Assembly: GCA_963739325.1 (NCBI GenBank)
Contig: CAVTZZ010000040.1
Span: 8,478-72,477 of the forward strand
Direction: 5' to 3'
Source: an uncultured delta proteobacterium
Lineage (GTDB): Bacteria > Desulfobacterota > BSN033 > UBA1163
Length of the DNA stretch: 64,000 nt
Below the pieces are notes generated by a model, which saw only the letters and a program-made list of their open reading frames with translations, searched no databases and was not told where the DNA came from. Shown here one piece after another: positions 36,988-46,928 of this stretch. The position numbers and the translations under genes are program-made. Each line of letters starts with the position of its first letter. Position 1 is the stretch's first letter.

Positions 36988-37994
36988 TTAAAGACCATAC
37001 TTTTTAAAAATTGGGACCCATTTATCGATATCCTCGATCTCAACCTTTACACTCTCCTTTAATTCTTTCCCGAAGAGGGGCTGCACATCGGATTTCCTTT
37101 TTATAAGGAAGTCTATAAATCCAGGATCGGCAAGCATCTTTCTTCCTGCAGCAACAAGGAGACGCTCACCGTTCAGGGTCAAGATTTGGCGGGGCCATGA
37201 AATGTCTGCCAATCCTCCTCATATATTTCGTACAATCAGGGAAACCCTTTTTCCACAATGGTAGGAACCCACGGAAGGATTTTTTCTTCTGTGAAGGATA
37301 CAAGGGTATTGACCTCTTTTGCTTCCGCTACAGTACTGACGGAATCATAAGAAACAAGGGCAGCATCGGCATCTCCCCTGATGACCGCATTGACGACATC
37401 GGCCGTCCCTTCCATGGAGACAATCTTTGCAGGTATTTTAGTTATCTCTACGGCACAAATACAGTCCAGATGCGCTGTTGTGCCGAATTGAGGTACGATT
37501 AAAGTAAGAGGTTCCTTTTTTGATTTGGCCACCAATTCTTCCCATGTGGCCAACCCTTTTTTGTTACTAATAAAGACACGTGTTGTCTTAGTCAATGAAA
37601 AAAGCCAAGTATAACTTCTGGGGTCAAAGCCAATTTTTTGGGATCCATAAAGCATGGCATAAAGAGACCCACTATTAAAATCCCCAAAAGTATAACCATC
37701 GGGTTTAGCCTTGAGGACATACTCATAGGCTTGTAATCCACTGGCCCCAGGCATATTCTTAACTTTTACATCCCCACCTTTGGCATTCGGAGAGAGTTCC
37801 TTTAGATACTTGGTCATATAAGGGGCTACCATTCTGGCGTAAATATCATATCCACCTCCAGCAGCAGAATTACAGGTAAGAGTTATCTCTTTCGAAGGAT
37901 AGACATCCTGGGCCATCGCTCCTAAAGCGAAGAGACCAAAGGAACCCAAGATAAAAGCCATAGCCAACATTCCTATTAAATTGTTCCTTTTCAT
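36988..37994 (-). CDS. tctC: TTT substrate-binding protein TctC; disrupted by two 1-nt insertions (near 37240 and 37168)
   Basis: ORF 37236..37994 plus ORF 36988..37212 align with the intact paralog 46929..47939. The missing link PDCTKYMRRIGRHFMAPPNLDPER is readable in the third frame between them. Confidence 0.85.
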
Positions 37995-38090
37995 TTTTTC
38001 CTCCTTTCTACGATAAAATGGTTTGTTTATTCAGTGAGTTTAACCGTCTACGCATTGAAAATATCCTCACCACCATTTTTCCCCAATTCC

Positions 38091-39530
38091 CTAAATCGGC
38101 TTATTTTCTTTCATCCTTTTCTTCAGATACGCCATTGGATCTGGGGCATAATCTTTGAAATAATCTCCTTCACAGTTTATGCCGGGCAGAGGTGGTACCC
38201 ACTCGATGCTCAATAACTCATCAGGATCCCCATACTTAACAGCAAGAGTTCTAATCTTAGGATCATCCAAGGTCATAAGGTGACCTCTATCAACGATTTT
38301 AAGCCAGTGCTCAGTGCCCCGTAATTTTATTTCATAGGTCGTAAAGTAGTTGTGCATATGGATATGAGTATGAGGTAGATTATGTTCTTTAACATATTTA
38401 TCGAATACCTCACCCAAATGTTTTCGAGAACCAAACCCATGGTGGAATATACCTGCCCTGTTCCGCTCCGGAGTGTTTGGAAGACTCCAATAGCTATTGA
38501 ACATATCTGAGGTTCGTCTGAAAGATTTGACTGATGTACATAGTGCTGAATCACAGAACCAGAAGAAGCCTTTGTCAGGATAACCTGGCCAATGAGTATC
38601 CTTGTACTTATCCATCATCTCCCCTATCAAATCACCATACTTACCACCCCCTTTTACCTCCACCAATCGCGCATGTTCAAAATAAAGCTCCATCCGGGGC
38701 AAGAAACCAAAATGATTTGCCGTTCCTGCCAAGACACCATTCAGATCATGAAAAACCGCAGGGACTTTTGGAGAGTAAGGCCATGTTCCTATTGAACATT
38801 CTTGTGATGTTGCCTGCAGTGGGTCTAAAAAGAGGTGGCCAGGCAGCCAGGCGCACTTTTGAAACCTCAGTGCCTCTTCTTCTTTCAAAGGATATTCAAG
38901 GTATGTGCCTTCGGGATCCGTTATCCTCACTCTGGAAGCCTTCCCTAAAGCCTCAATAATCGGCCTCTCAATTTCTATCCAAAGTTCGTCTGGAAAAGTC
39001 CAATGTTTGGCAACGAACTCCTCCCAATTGTTGAATACCCAATTGTTTCTAAACTTTTTACCATGAGTGGGACCTAAGGCAAGCATGGCAAGCGTCCTTC
39101 CTCCTAAACCTGAAAAGACGCCCGTATATTCAGGATGTTTATTGAGATATTTGTTAAGGCCCTCCATTGTATCGGCGATAAGGGCTATCCCCTCCGTCCC
39201 CTTAGGTCCTTTTTCTACATTATCGGCTTCTGCCCAACCGTCTTCCACGCTTAGGACCTCAGGCTCCTTCCCAGTTAACTCATGGTCATTGATGAAATCA
39301 ACTTTCTCAGCACCTTCCTCTTCTAATGCTTGGGTTATTGCTTCCTTCACATACTTGTCTTGATCAGGATATGTAACGATGAGTATTTGATCGGCTCTTT
39401 TTACCGGACCTAAGGCTGCCCTACCGAAGGTCTTTTTAACCATTATTTTCGCTTGAGGAAAACAATCTTCTACACTGGTCGGTTTCTTATACGCTGGTGC
39501 ACACGGTGCTGGGTAACTATATCTCCCCAT
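38091..39530 (-). CDS. Uncharacterised His-rich ~478-aa protein, paralog 2 of 6 (third gene of the tandem trio)
   Basis: 479 aa with the same conserved blocks as 27209..28639. It is very similar to 41131..42567 along its whole length. Confidence 0.85.
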   Translation of the reverse strand: MGRYSYPAPCAPAYKKPTSVEDCFPQAKIMVKKTFGRAALGPVKRADQILIVTYPDQDKYVKEAITQALEEEGAEKVDFINDHELTGKEPEVLSVEDGWAEADNVEKGPKGTEGIALIADTMEGLNKYLNKHPEYTGVFSGLGGRTLAMLALGPTHGKKFRNNWVFNNWEEFVAKHWTFPDELWIEIERPIIEALGKASRVRITDPEGTYLEYPLKEEEALRFQKCAWLPGHLFLDPLQATSQECSIGTWPYSPKVPAVFHDLNGVLAGTANHFGFLPRMELYFEHARLVEVKGGGKYGDLIGEMMDKYKDTHWPGYPDKGFFWFCDSALCTSVKSFRRTSDMFNSYWSLPNTPERNRAGIFHHGFGSRKHLGEVFDKYVKEHNLPHTHIHMHNYFTTYEIKLRGTEHWLKIVDRGHLMTLDDPKIRTLAVKYGDPDELLSIEWVPPLPGINCEGDYFKDYAPDPMAYLKKRMKENKPI

Positions 39531-39653
39531 TTTTAAACTCTCCTTTCTTTGTGAATAGTCTCACTCATCTCTTCATTTAACGTGAAGTCCTATCTTCCCT
39601 GTTTTCCTGTTAGACTACCCGTTTAACGAGACAGAAACCCTCCTTTTCCAATT

Positions 39654-41093
39654 TCAAATTGGTTTATTTTCTTTCATTCTTTTTTTCAAATACGCCATTG
39701 GGTCTGGAGCATAATCTTTAAAGTAATCACCTTCACAGTTTATTCCTGGTATGGGCGGCACCCACTCAACGCTCAGCAACTCGTCAGGATCCCCATACTT
39801 AACAGCAAGGGTTCTAATTTTAGGATCATCCAGAGTCGTGAGATGACCTTTATCGGTAACCTTTAGCCAGTGTCCCGTGTCCCGTAATTTTATCTCATAG
39901 GTAGAAAAATAGTTGTGAATATGGATATGAGAATGGGGCAGATTATGTTCTTTAGCATATTTATCGAATTGATCTTCGAAATGTCTTCTGGAACCAAATC
40001 CATGGTGAAAGATACCTGCTCTGTTCCTCTCCGGTATGTTGGGAGAAGGCCAGTAACTATTAAACATATCCGAGGTTCGTCTGAAAGATTTCACGACGGT
40101 ACATAACGCTGAGTCACAGAACCAGAAGAACCCTTTGTCAGGATAACCTGGCCAATGAGCATCCTTATACTTATCCATCATCTCCTTTATCATATCCCCA
40201 TATTTACCCCCACCTTTTACCTCCACCAGTCGGGCGTGCTCAAAATAGAGTTCTATCCGGGGTAAGAAACCAAAATGATTTGCTGTTCCGGCTAAGACAC
40301 CATTCAGATCATGAAAAACCGGAGGGACAACCTTAGAAGCGTAGGGCCAGGTTGCATTACAACATTCTATCGATGTTGCTTGCAACGGGTCTAAAAAGAG
40401 GTGGCCAGGCAGCCAGGCGCATTTTTGAAACCTCAGTGCCTCTTCTTCCTTCAGAGGATATTCCAAGTATGTACCTTCAGGATCCGTTATCCTCACCCTG
40501 CAAGCTTTACCTAGAGCCTCTATCACCGGCCTCTCAATTTCCTTCCATAGTTCATCAGGATAACTCCAGGATTTGGAGATAAATTCCTCCCAATTATTGA
40601 ATACCCAATTATTTCTAAACTTCTTATCATGCTGACCTAAGGCCAGAAGTACATGCGACCTTCCTCCCTGACCCATAAAGACACCTGTGTACTCAGGGTG
40701 TTTATCAAGATATTTACGCACGCCCTCTCCTGCTTCCTTAAGATGGGGCAATACCGCTAATCCCGGAGTTGCTTTTGCCAACCGCTCGGCTTCTCCCCAA
40801 CCGTTTTCAACGCTCCGGGCTATAGATTCTTTCCCGGTTAACTCATGCTCATTGATGAAATCAACTTTCTCAGCCCCTTCCTCTTCTACCGCTTGGGTGA
40901 TTGCTTCCTTTACATATTTGTCTTGATCAGGATAGGTAACGATAAGAATCTGATCGGCCCTTTTTACCGGACCTAAGGCTGCCCTACCATGCGCCTTTTT
41001 AGCCATTGTCCTTGCTTGAGGAAGACAATCCTCTACACATGTTGGTTTCTTATACTCTGGTGAAATCGGTGCTGGATAATTATATCTAGCCAT
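39654..41093 (-). CDS. Uncharacterised His-rich ~478-aa protein, paralog 3 of 6 (middle gene of the tandem trio)
   Basis: 479 aa with the same conserved blocks (NRAGIFHHGFGSRRH, HSHIHIHNYFSTYEIKL, KKRMKENKPI). Confidence 0.85.
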   Translation of the reverse strand: MARYNYPAPISPEYKKPTCVEDCLPQARTMAKKAHGRAALGPVKRADQILIVTYPDQDKYVKEAITQAVEEEGAEKVDFINEHELTGKESIARSVENGWGEAERLAKATPGLAVLPHLKEAGEGVRKYLDKHPEYTGVFMGQGGRSHVLLALGQHDKKFRNNWVFNNWEEFISKSWSYPDELWKEIERPVIEALGKACRVRITDPEGTYLEYPLKEEEALRFQKCAWLPGHLFLDPLQATSIECCNATWPYASKVVPPVFHDLNGVLAGTANHFGFLPRIELYFEHARLVEVKGGGKYGDMIKEMMDKYKDAHWPGYPDKGFFWFCDSALCTVVKSFRRTSDMFNSYWPSPNIPERNRAGIFHHGFGSRRHFEDQFDKYAKEHNLPHSHIHIHNYFSTYEIKLRDTGHWLKVTDKGHLTTLDDPKIRTLAVKYGDPDELLSVEWVPPIPGINCEGDYFKDYAPDPMAYLKKRMKENKPI

Positions 41094-41130
41094 TTTTAAA
41101 CTCTCCTTTCTTAGTGAATGGTCTCACCCA

Positions 41131-42567
41131 TTATATTTGTTTATTTTCTTTCATCCTTTTCTTCAGATACGCCATTGGATCGGGAGCATAATCTTTAAAG
41201 TAATCTCCTTCGCAATTTATTCCTGGTACAGGTGGAACCCATTCAATGCTTAATAACTCATCAGGATCCCCATACTTAACAGCAAGAGTCCTAATCTTGG
41301 GATCATCCAGAGTCGTAAGGTGACCTTTATCGACAATCTTAAGCCAGTTTCCAGTGTCCCGCAATTTTATCTCATAGGTCGTAAAGTAATTATGCATATG
41401 GATATGAGTATGGGGGAGGTTATGTTCTTTGACATATTTGTCGAATACCTCACTGAAATGTCTTCGGGAGCCAAACCCATGATGGAATATACCCGCCCTG
41501 TTCCTCTCCGGAGTGTTTGGAAGACTCCAATAGCTATGGAACATATCTGAGGTTCGTCTGAAAGATTTGACCGATGTGCATAGCGCGGAATCACAGAACC
41601 AGAAGAAACCTTTTTCAGGATAACCTGGCCAATGAGTATCCTTGTACTTATCCATCATCTCCCTAATTAAATCACCGTATTTACCCCCACCTTTTACCTC
41701 TACCAGTCGGGCGTGCTCAAAATAGAGCTCTATCCGGGGCAAGAAACCAAAATGATTTGCTGTTCCTGCTAAGACACCATTCAGGTCATGAAAAACCGGA
41801 GGAACATTCCAAGCATAGGGCCATGTGGATATTGCACACTCTTGCGATGTTGCTTGCAGTGGGTCTAAAAAGAGGTGACCAGATAACCATGCGCATTTTT
41901 GAAATCTCAGCGCCTCCTCTTCTGTCAGAGGATATTCAAGGTAGGTCCCTTCAGGATCCGTTATCCTCACTTTGGAGGCCTTTCCTATGGCCTCAATAAT
42001 CGGCCTCTCAATCTCTATCCAAAGTTCGTCAGGAAAAGTCCAGGCGTTGGAGACAAGCTCCTCCCAATTGTTGAACACATAGTTATTTCTAAACTTACTC
42101 CCGTGGTGACCCAGAGCAAGAAGTGTGTGGGCCCTTCCCCCTAATCCCCAAAAAACGCCCGTATATTCAGGATGTTTATCAAGATATTTACGTAATTTCT
42201 CAGGCGTCTCGCCCAAAAGTGCTATTTCCGACGTTCCCTTTGGTCCTTTTTCCACATTCTCAGCTTCTTTCCAACCATTTTCCACGCTCAGAGCTTCAGG
42301 CTTCATCCCGACTATTTCATGTTCAGTAACGAAATGAACGACCTCAGCGCCCTCCTCTTCCAACGCTTGGGTGAGTGCTCCCTGTACATATTTATCTTGA
42401 TCGGGATAAGTAACGATAAGTATCTGGTCCCCTCTTTTTATTGGGCCCATTGCTGCTCTCCCGTGATGTTTCTTTGCCATTATCCTTCCTTGAGGCAGAC
42501 AATCTTCCACACTGGTTGGTTTCTTATAGCTTGGTGCACAGGGCGCTGGATAACTATATATAGCCAT
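41131..42567 (-). CDS. Uncharacterised His-rich ~478-aa protein, paralog 4 of 6 (first gene of the tandem trio)
   Basis: 478 aa with the same conserved blocks. The tail is KKRMKENKQI. Confidence 0.85.
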   Translation of the reverse strand: MAIYSYPAPCAPSYKKPTSVEDCLPQGRIMAKKHHGRAAMGPIKRGDQILIVTYPDQDKYVQGALTQALEEEGAEVVHFVTEHEIVGMKPEALSVENGWKEAENVEKGPKGTSEIALLGETPEKLRKYLDKHPEYTGVFWGLGGRAHTLLALGHHGSKFRNNYVFNNWEELVSNAWTFPDELWIEIERPIIEAIGKASKVRITDPEGTYLEYPLTEEEALRFQKCAWLSGHLFLDPLQATSQECAISTWPYAWNVPPVFHDLNGVLAGTANHFGFLPRIELYFEHARLVEVKGGGKYGDLIREMMDKYKDTHWPGYPEKGFFWFCDSALCTSVKSFRRTSDMFHSYWSLPNTPERNRAGIFHHGFGSRRHFSEVFDKYVKEHNLPHTHIHMHNYFTTYEIKLRDTGNWLKIVDKGHLTTLDDPKIRTLAVKYGDPDELLSIEWVPPVPGINCEGDYFKDYAPDPMAYLKKRMKENKQI

Positions 42568-42734
42568 TTTTAATTCCTCCCTTCTATTTGCATTTTATCT
42601 TTTCCTTCCATTCCTATTGCTGACCTCTGAATACCTACAATACTGAAAGTCACACTGCAATTTACCTTGTTTTATTTTCCCTCCTTTCTTTCAGCTACCA
42701 AATGTATTTTCACTTTTTTTAAATATTGTACCTT

Positions 42735-42763
42735 ATTATATTAACCTTGACATGAAAGTTCAA
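42735..42763 (-). promoter_or_regulatory. Candidate sigma70-type promoter ahead of the tandem trio
   Basis: On the minus strand: TTGAAC (42763..42758), 17-nt spacer, TATAAT (42740..42735). It sits in the 264-nt gap between the aldolase gene and 41131..42567. This is a pattern match only. Confidence 0.45.
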
Positions 42764-42831
42764 AAAAGTTTTAAATGAGTATCATCCACACTTTTTCAGT
42801 GATATGGATTATGATCCTTCACCCTCTATAC

Positions 42832-43536
42832 CTAATCCCAAAAAATGCCAGCCTTTCTCCCTTTCTCCAAGAAATATGACCAACCCTTTTCAATGCTACG
42901 AGGCCTAAAGGTGTCAGCGGTTGCCCGTTTTAATTGATCCTCTGAAAGGGGAATGGGATTACCCAAAATAGAGGCCTCTACAAAAAGCCTGGCATTCTCT
43001 TCCAAATGACAAGAGGCTAAAAATGCTGCCTCCACACTCAATTCTGCGATCACGGCTCCATGTCCCCTCATAATCACAGCCTTTGAGCCTCCCAGGGCCT
43101 TAGCCATGCTCAAACCCTTTTCGAAGGTTTCGATATGCTCCGCATGCGGATAAACAGGGACTACAGGCCCAAAGATCGCCCCATGTTGACAGACCGGGAC
43201 AAGATCCTTACCTGCAATACTGGGTAAAAGTGAATAATGGGGGTGAAGGTGAACAACGCTATTCACATCTTCCCTAACTTGATAGACCGCCGCATGAATA
43301 GGAGTCTCACCCGGGGGATTAATTTTTCCTCCAACCCATTCACCTTTTAATGTCACCTCAGCCATGTCATCAGGAGTTACTTCGGTTCGGGATAGTGGTC
43401 CGGGATTAATAAAGAAAACCTGACTGTTAGGAATTCGGGCACTGATGTGGCCCGAGAAGTCAATCAGACCCAGCATCTCCAAAAGACGGCATGCACGTGC
43501 TAACTTATCTTTTAAAACATTGACATCTTTTTCCAT
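42832..43536 (-). CDS. Class II aldolase/adducin-domain protein
   Basis: It starts MEKDVNVLKDKLARACRLLEMLGLIDFSGHISARIP and carries HLHPHY. It shares a 44-nt identical run with 33955..34659. The start ATG 43536 has AGGAG 7 nt upstream; the ORF track extends to 43563. Confidence 0.85.
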   Translation of the reverse strand: MEKDVNVLKDKLARACRLLEMLGLIDFSGHISARIPNSQVFFINPGPLSRTEVTPDDMAEVTLKGEWVGGKINPPGETPIHAAVYQVREDVNSVVHLHPHYSLLPSIAGKDLVPVCQHGAIFGPVVPVYPHAEHIETFEKGLSMAKALGGSKAVIMRGHGAVIAELSVEAAFLASCHLEENARLFVEASILGNPIPLSEDQLKRATADTFRPRSIEKGWSYFLEKGRKAGIFWD

Positions 43537-43563
43537 AGAACTGCTCCTATGTTTTACTTTCAT

Positions 43564-45054
43564 TTAACTTACTAACGTCTTGGGTTTCTTGTAGAACTTT
43601 CCAATATAAGGCCATAAGATAACAGTGAGTATACAAAGGAAGAGAATCAAACTAGGGATACGGGTGAAAAATACCCATATCCCGTTTTTAGAAAAAGCAA
43701 GCGCCTGAAAAAAACTAATCTCAGCAATCGGGCCTAATATCAATCCCAGAATCAGGGGGACGGGGTGATAGCCATATTTCCTCATATAGTATCCCAAAAT
43801 ACCGAAGAGGGTTGTTACCAACATATCCTGCCAGTATTCGCGTGCATTATAAGAGGCAACGAAGCATAAAATGATAACGATCGGGGAGATCATCTCCGCT
43901 CTTAACTTAGTCAGTTTTTCAACTAACGGGGAGAAGCCTACAACCGATAGGGCACCGAATATGTGACCAATAAAAAAAATAAAGACAATAAAGTAGACTA
44001 AATCAAGGCGCAGTTTCACAAGATGGGGCCCCGGAGAAATGCCGTGTAGAGCGAGTGCCACAAGCAGAATAGCCATCGCGGTACTCCCTGGGATTCCAAT
44101 CGTAATGGTAGGAAGGAAATCCCCACCTGAAACTGCATTAAGAGCGGTATCCGCGGCAATGACCCCCCGCACATCCCCTTTGCCAAAAGTTTCTGGATTT
44201 TTACAGGTTTTAGCGGCCGAGGCGTAGGACACAAACCCAGCCACTGTGGCGCCAGCTCCTGGTGCAACCCCGATGACCCAGGCAATGAGGCAAGATCGAA
44301 TAACAAGGGAAATATTTTTGAAGTTTGCCATGATGCCTTCCATAATACTTCCCTTCAAGGGAATACCCTTTGAAACGATAGAGCCTCCCTCCATCCATAT
44401 CTTAATGGCCTCGCTCATCCCCAGCGTCCCAAGCATGACGGGTACCATATGTATCCCCTCTCGGAGATAGAAGGTGTCGAGGCTATAGCGTGCGTACCCA
44501 ACCGTGGGATGGAAGCCAATCGTGACAACCAGGATACCGATAGCACCCGTTAGTAAGCCCTTAAAAATCGTTTTCGCCGACACGGCTGAGATGGCTGTTA
44601 GCCCGAATAAAGCTAACATAAAGAATTCAGCGGGTCCGAATAACAGAACGATTTGATACATCAGAGGTAAAAAGACTAAAAGGCTAATGCATGAAAAAAG
44701 TCCCCCAATAATCGAAGCGGTGGCCGAGGCAGCAATCGCCGTTCTTGCCTTTCCATTTTTCGCCATTGGAAAACCGTCAATCAGAGTACTCGCATTGGGA
44801 TTATCGCCTGGAATATTGAAGAGTATGGCTGTAAGGGATCCGCCAACTTTTGCGGTGCCATAGATGCTAAGAAGGAGTGAAAGGGCCGGAATAATATCCA
44901 TCTTCCAGGTAAAGGGAAGCATAAGGACCATCGTCTGCACTCCACCGATGCCAGGCAAAACTCCAACCACCATCCCGATAAGAACGCCAATGGCCATCAT
45001 CAATAGAGTCTGCCCTTGTGAAACAGCATGGAGGGCTGCAATGATTTGTTCCAT
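43564..45054 (-). CDS. tctA: TTT large permease TctA
   Basis: 496 aa. MEQIIAALHAVSQGQTLLMMAIGVLIGMVVGVLPGIGG and GGSLTAILFNIPGDNPNAS. Confidence 0.9.
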   Translation of the reverse strand: MEQIIAALHAVSQGQTLLMMAIGVLIGMVVGVLPGIGGVQTMVLMLPFTWKMDIIPALSLLLSIYGTAKVGGSLTAILFNIPGDNPNASTLIDGFPMAKNGKARTAIAASATASIIGGLFSCISLLVFLPLMYQIVLLFGPAEFFMLALFGLTAISAVSAKTIFKGLLTGAIGILVVTIGFHPTVGYARYSLDTFYLREGIHMVPVMLGTLGMSEAIKIWMEGGSIVSKGIPLKGSIMEGIMANFKNISLVIRSCLIAWVIGVAPGAGATVAGFVSYASAAKTCKNPETFGKGDVRGVIAADTALNAVSGGDFLPTITIGIPGSTAMAILLVALALHGISPGPHLVKLRLDLVYFIVFIFFIGHIFGALSVVGFSPLVEKLTKLRAEMISPIVIILCFVASYNAREYWQDMLVTTLFGILGYYMRKYGYHPVPLILGLILGPIAEISFFQALAFSKNGIWVFFTRIPSLILFLCILTVILWPYIGKFYKKPKTLVS

Positions 45055-45066
45055 ATTTCCCTTCTC

Positions 45067-45738
45067 CTAAATTAAATCAAGTGATTCTAAGATAGGCTCA
45101 AATACCAGTCCAAAGAACATTGGACCTTCCAGCAATTTGACAAGGAGAACATAGACGATAATATACATTGCGATCAAACTTATTAAGAGCGGACCTTTTT
45201 TCTTAAAGCCATAATAATAACTTGTGCCGACAATCGTAAAAAAAATTCCTACAAGATAACCAAAGAGGAGGAAGACAACAAAGCAACTAATCAGAGCTAT
45301 AAACGCTTTTTTTTCTTCCCTGAAGGTCAGTGGCCTTTTTTCCTCTTCATCATCATATTTCCCCTTCAGTGTTTCTTCTTTTATCTTTTTTTCAATGCTA
45401 TCAAACTCGCCTGCAAGGCCGGTTTCTTTAAATTCTCCGATCTTATTTTCTGGAAAAAGAATATGAAAGAATCGCATCCCTGCTAATATCACCGCAATCC
45501 CGCCGATGAGCATCGGAACCATTGCCGCCTCAAACTTATATTGAAAGCTTCCCAGAAATATAATGAGTGCAAAAATAAAAAAAGGAGGGATGACCCAGAG
45601 TTCACCTCGAAGCTCTTTCAACTCCTTTACGCTTAACTCCCTTCTTTTTGTCTCCGGATTTTTGCTCATATTTGTTTCGTTCTTCCGATATGGTGAACCT
45701 ATAGATATATGGCAATTATCTCTTGCTGATAAATCCAA
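45067..45738 (-). CDS. TctB-position small membrane protein with acidic loop (atypical TctB-like)
   Basis: The conserved block is RFFHILFPENKIGEFKETGLAGEFD, followed by the acidic loop KYDDEEEKRPLTFREEKK. The true start is possibly ATG 45669 (MSKNPETK). Confidence 0.6.
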   Translation of the reverse strand: MDLSARDNCHISIGSPYRKNETNMSKNPETKRRELSVKELKELRGELWVIPPFFIFALIIFLGSFQYKFEAAMVPMLIGGIAVILAGMRFFHILFPENKIGEFKETGLAGEFDSIEKKIKEETLKGKYDDEEEKRPLTFREEKKAFIALISCFVVFLLFGYLVGIFFTIVGTSYYYGFKKKGPLLISLIAMYIIVYVLLVKLLEGPMFFGLVFEPILESLDLI

Positions 45739-45841
45739 AAAATTGCTTTTCCCCTTTGCCTTGCCTGCCTACTGTATGCAGGCAAGGTCAAGGGAAACTT
45801 GCCGGTTATCCAAAATCCAGATTATTTTTTGTATCTACTTC

Positions 45842-46846
45842 TCAAAGGCCGTATTTTTTCAAAATTGCTGTATTTTCCCTTAGCATCTCAACATACTCGC
45901 CTAATGCATTCTCTGCTTCCTTATCGAAAAAGGACCTGAGTTCAATCCCTGTCTTTTCACAGTAGGCCCTAAACTCAGGATCAACAAGCATCCCCTTAAA
46001 TGCGGCAATAAGAATACGCTTAGCTTCCGGGTTAAGCTTCGGCGGTGCGATAAAAATTCTACCACACTTTCCTCCTACTGTCTTAAGTAACTCAGGGAAT
46101 CCTTTTTCTACAATCGTTGGAACTTGGGGTATCACTCTTTCTTCGGTGAAGGAGATGAGACAATTAACTTCTTTGCTTTCGATAAGGACCTTAGCTGATG
46201 GATGGTCAATCACGTAAACATCGCCATCCCCCCTTAAAAGAGCACTGACTGCCTGGGCCGTTCCTCCTGCGTTGGCAACCTTCCCCGACAATCCAACCCC
46301 CTCTTTGAAGAAAATTGTATCAAGATTCTGCTTCGCACCCGGGTTCGAGGATACAAAAGTAAGAGGCTCCTTTTTCGCTGCAGCTAACATCTCTTCCCAT
46401 GTTTTAAACCTCCTGGAGACTAAAACACGGTTAGTTTTGGCCCAGGAAACAAGAATGGTCACTTCCATAACATTAAAGGGAAGTTTATTCATACCATATA
46501 AAAAATTATAAGCATTTCCTTCATTAAAATCCCCGATCGTATAACCATCGGGCTTGGCATCTTTATACATAGACGTTATCTGTTTTGCCCCCCCGGCACC
46601 AATGATGTTTTTGACCTTAATCTCTCCTCCCTTTGCACCAGAGGAAACTGCCCTTAAATGCTTTGTTAGAAAAGGGCTCATCCCTCTGGCGAAGATATCG
46701 TATCCACCTCCTGGGTCGGTATAACAAAGGAAGTCTATGTCTTTTGCAGGGTAGACACTCTGAGCCATAACTCCAACGGCTAATAGCGTAAAGAAGCTCA
46801 AGATGAAAACTGCAGTTAACATTCCTGTTAAATTTATCCTTCTCAT
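45842..46846 (-). CDS. tctC: TTT substrate-binding protein TctC
   Basis: 334 aa with a signal peptide (MRRINLTGMLTAVFILSFFTLLAVGVMA). VYPAKDIDFLCYTDPGGGYDIFARGMSPFLTKHL ... PDGYTIG. Confidence 0.9.
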   Translation of the reverse strand: MRRINLTGMLTAVFILSFFTLLAVGVMAQSVYPAKDIDFLCYTDPGGGYDIFARGMSPFLTKHLRAVSSGAKGGEIKVKNIIGAGGAKQITSMYKDAKPDGYTIGDFNEGNAYNFLYGMNKLPFNVMEVTILVSWAKTNRVLVSRRFKTWEEMLAAAKKEPLTFVSSNPGAKQNLDTIFFKEGVGLSGKVANAGGTAQAVSALLRGDGDVYVIDHPSAKVLIESKEVNCLISFTEERVIPQVPTIVEKGFPELLKTVGGKCGRIFIAPPKLNPEAKRILIAAFKGMLVDPEFRAYCEKTGIELRSFFDKEAENALGEYVEMLRENTAILKKYGL

Positions 46847-46928
46847 TTTTTCCTCCTTTCTAAGATAAAATTGCTTGTTTATTCAATGAGTTTAACCGTA
46901 AAGCACCTTATGAAGCTCCTTCAGCTTC

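Noticed and set aside
3030-37241. Programmed ribosomal frameshifting as the explanation for the split genes
   Set aside because: The sites occur in unrelated genes, share no slippery heptamer or downstream structure, and include both insertions and deletions. Intact paralogs of two of the genes exist in the same window without any shift.
38091-42567. Possibility that the regularly spaced repeats are a CRISPR-like or satellite array
   Set aside because: The repeat unit is about 1.5 kb and is a complete protein-coding gene with its own ribosome-binding site. No short repeat-spacer structure exists anywhere in the window.
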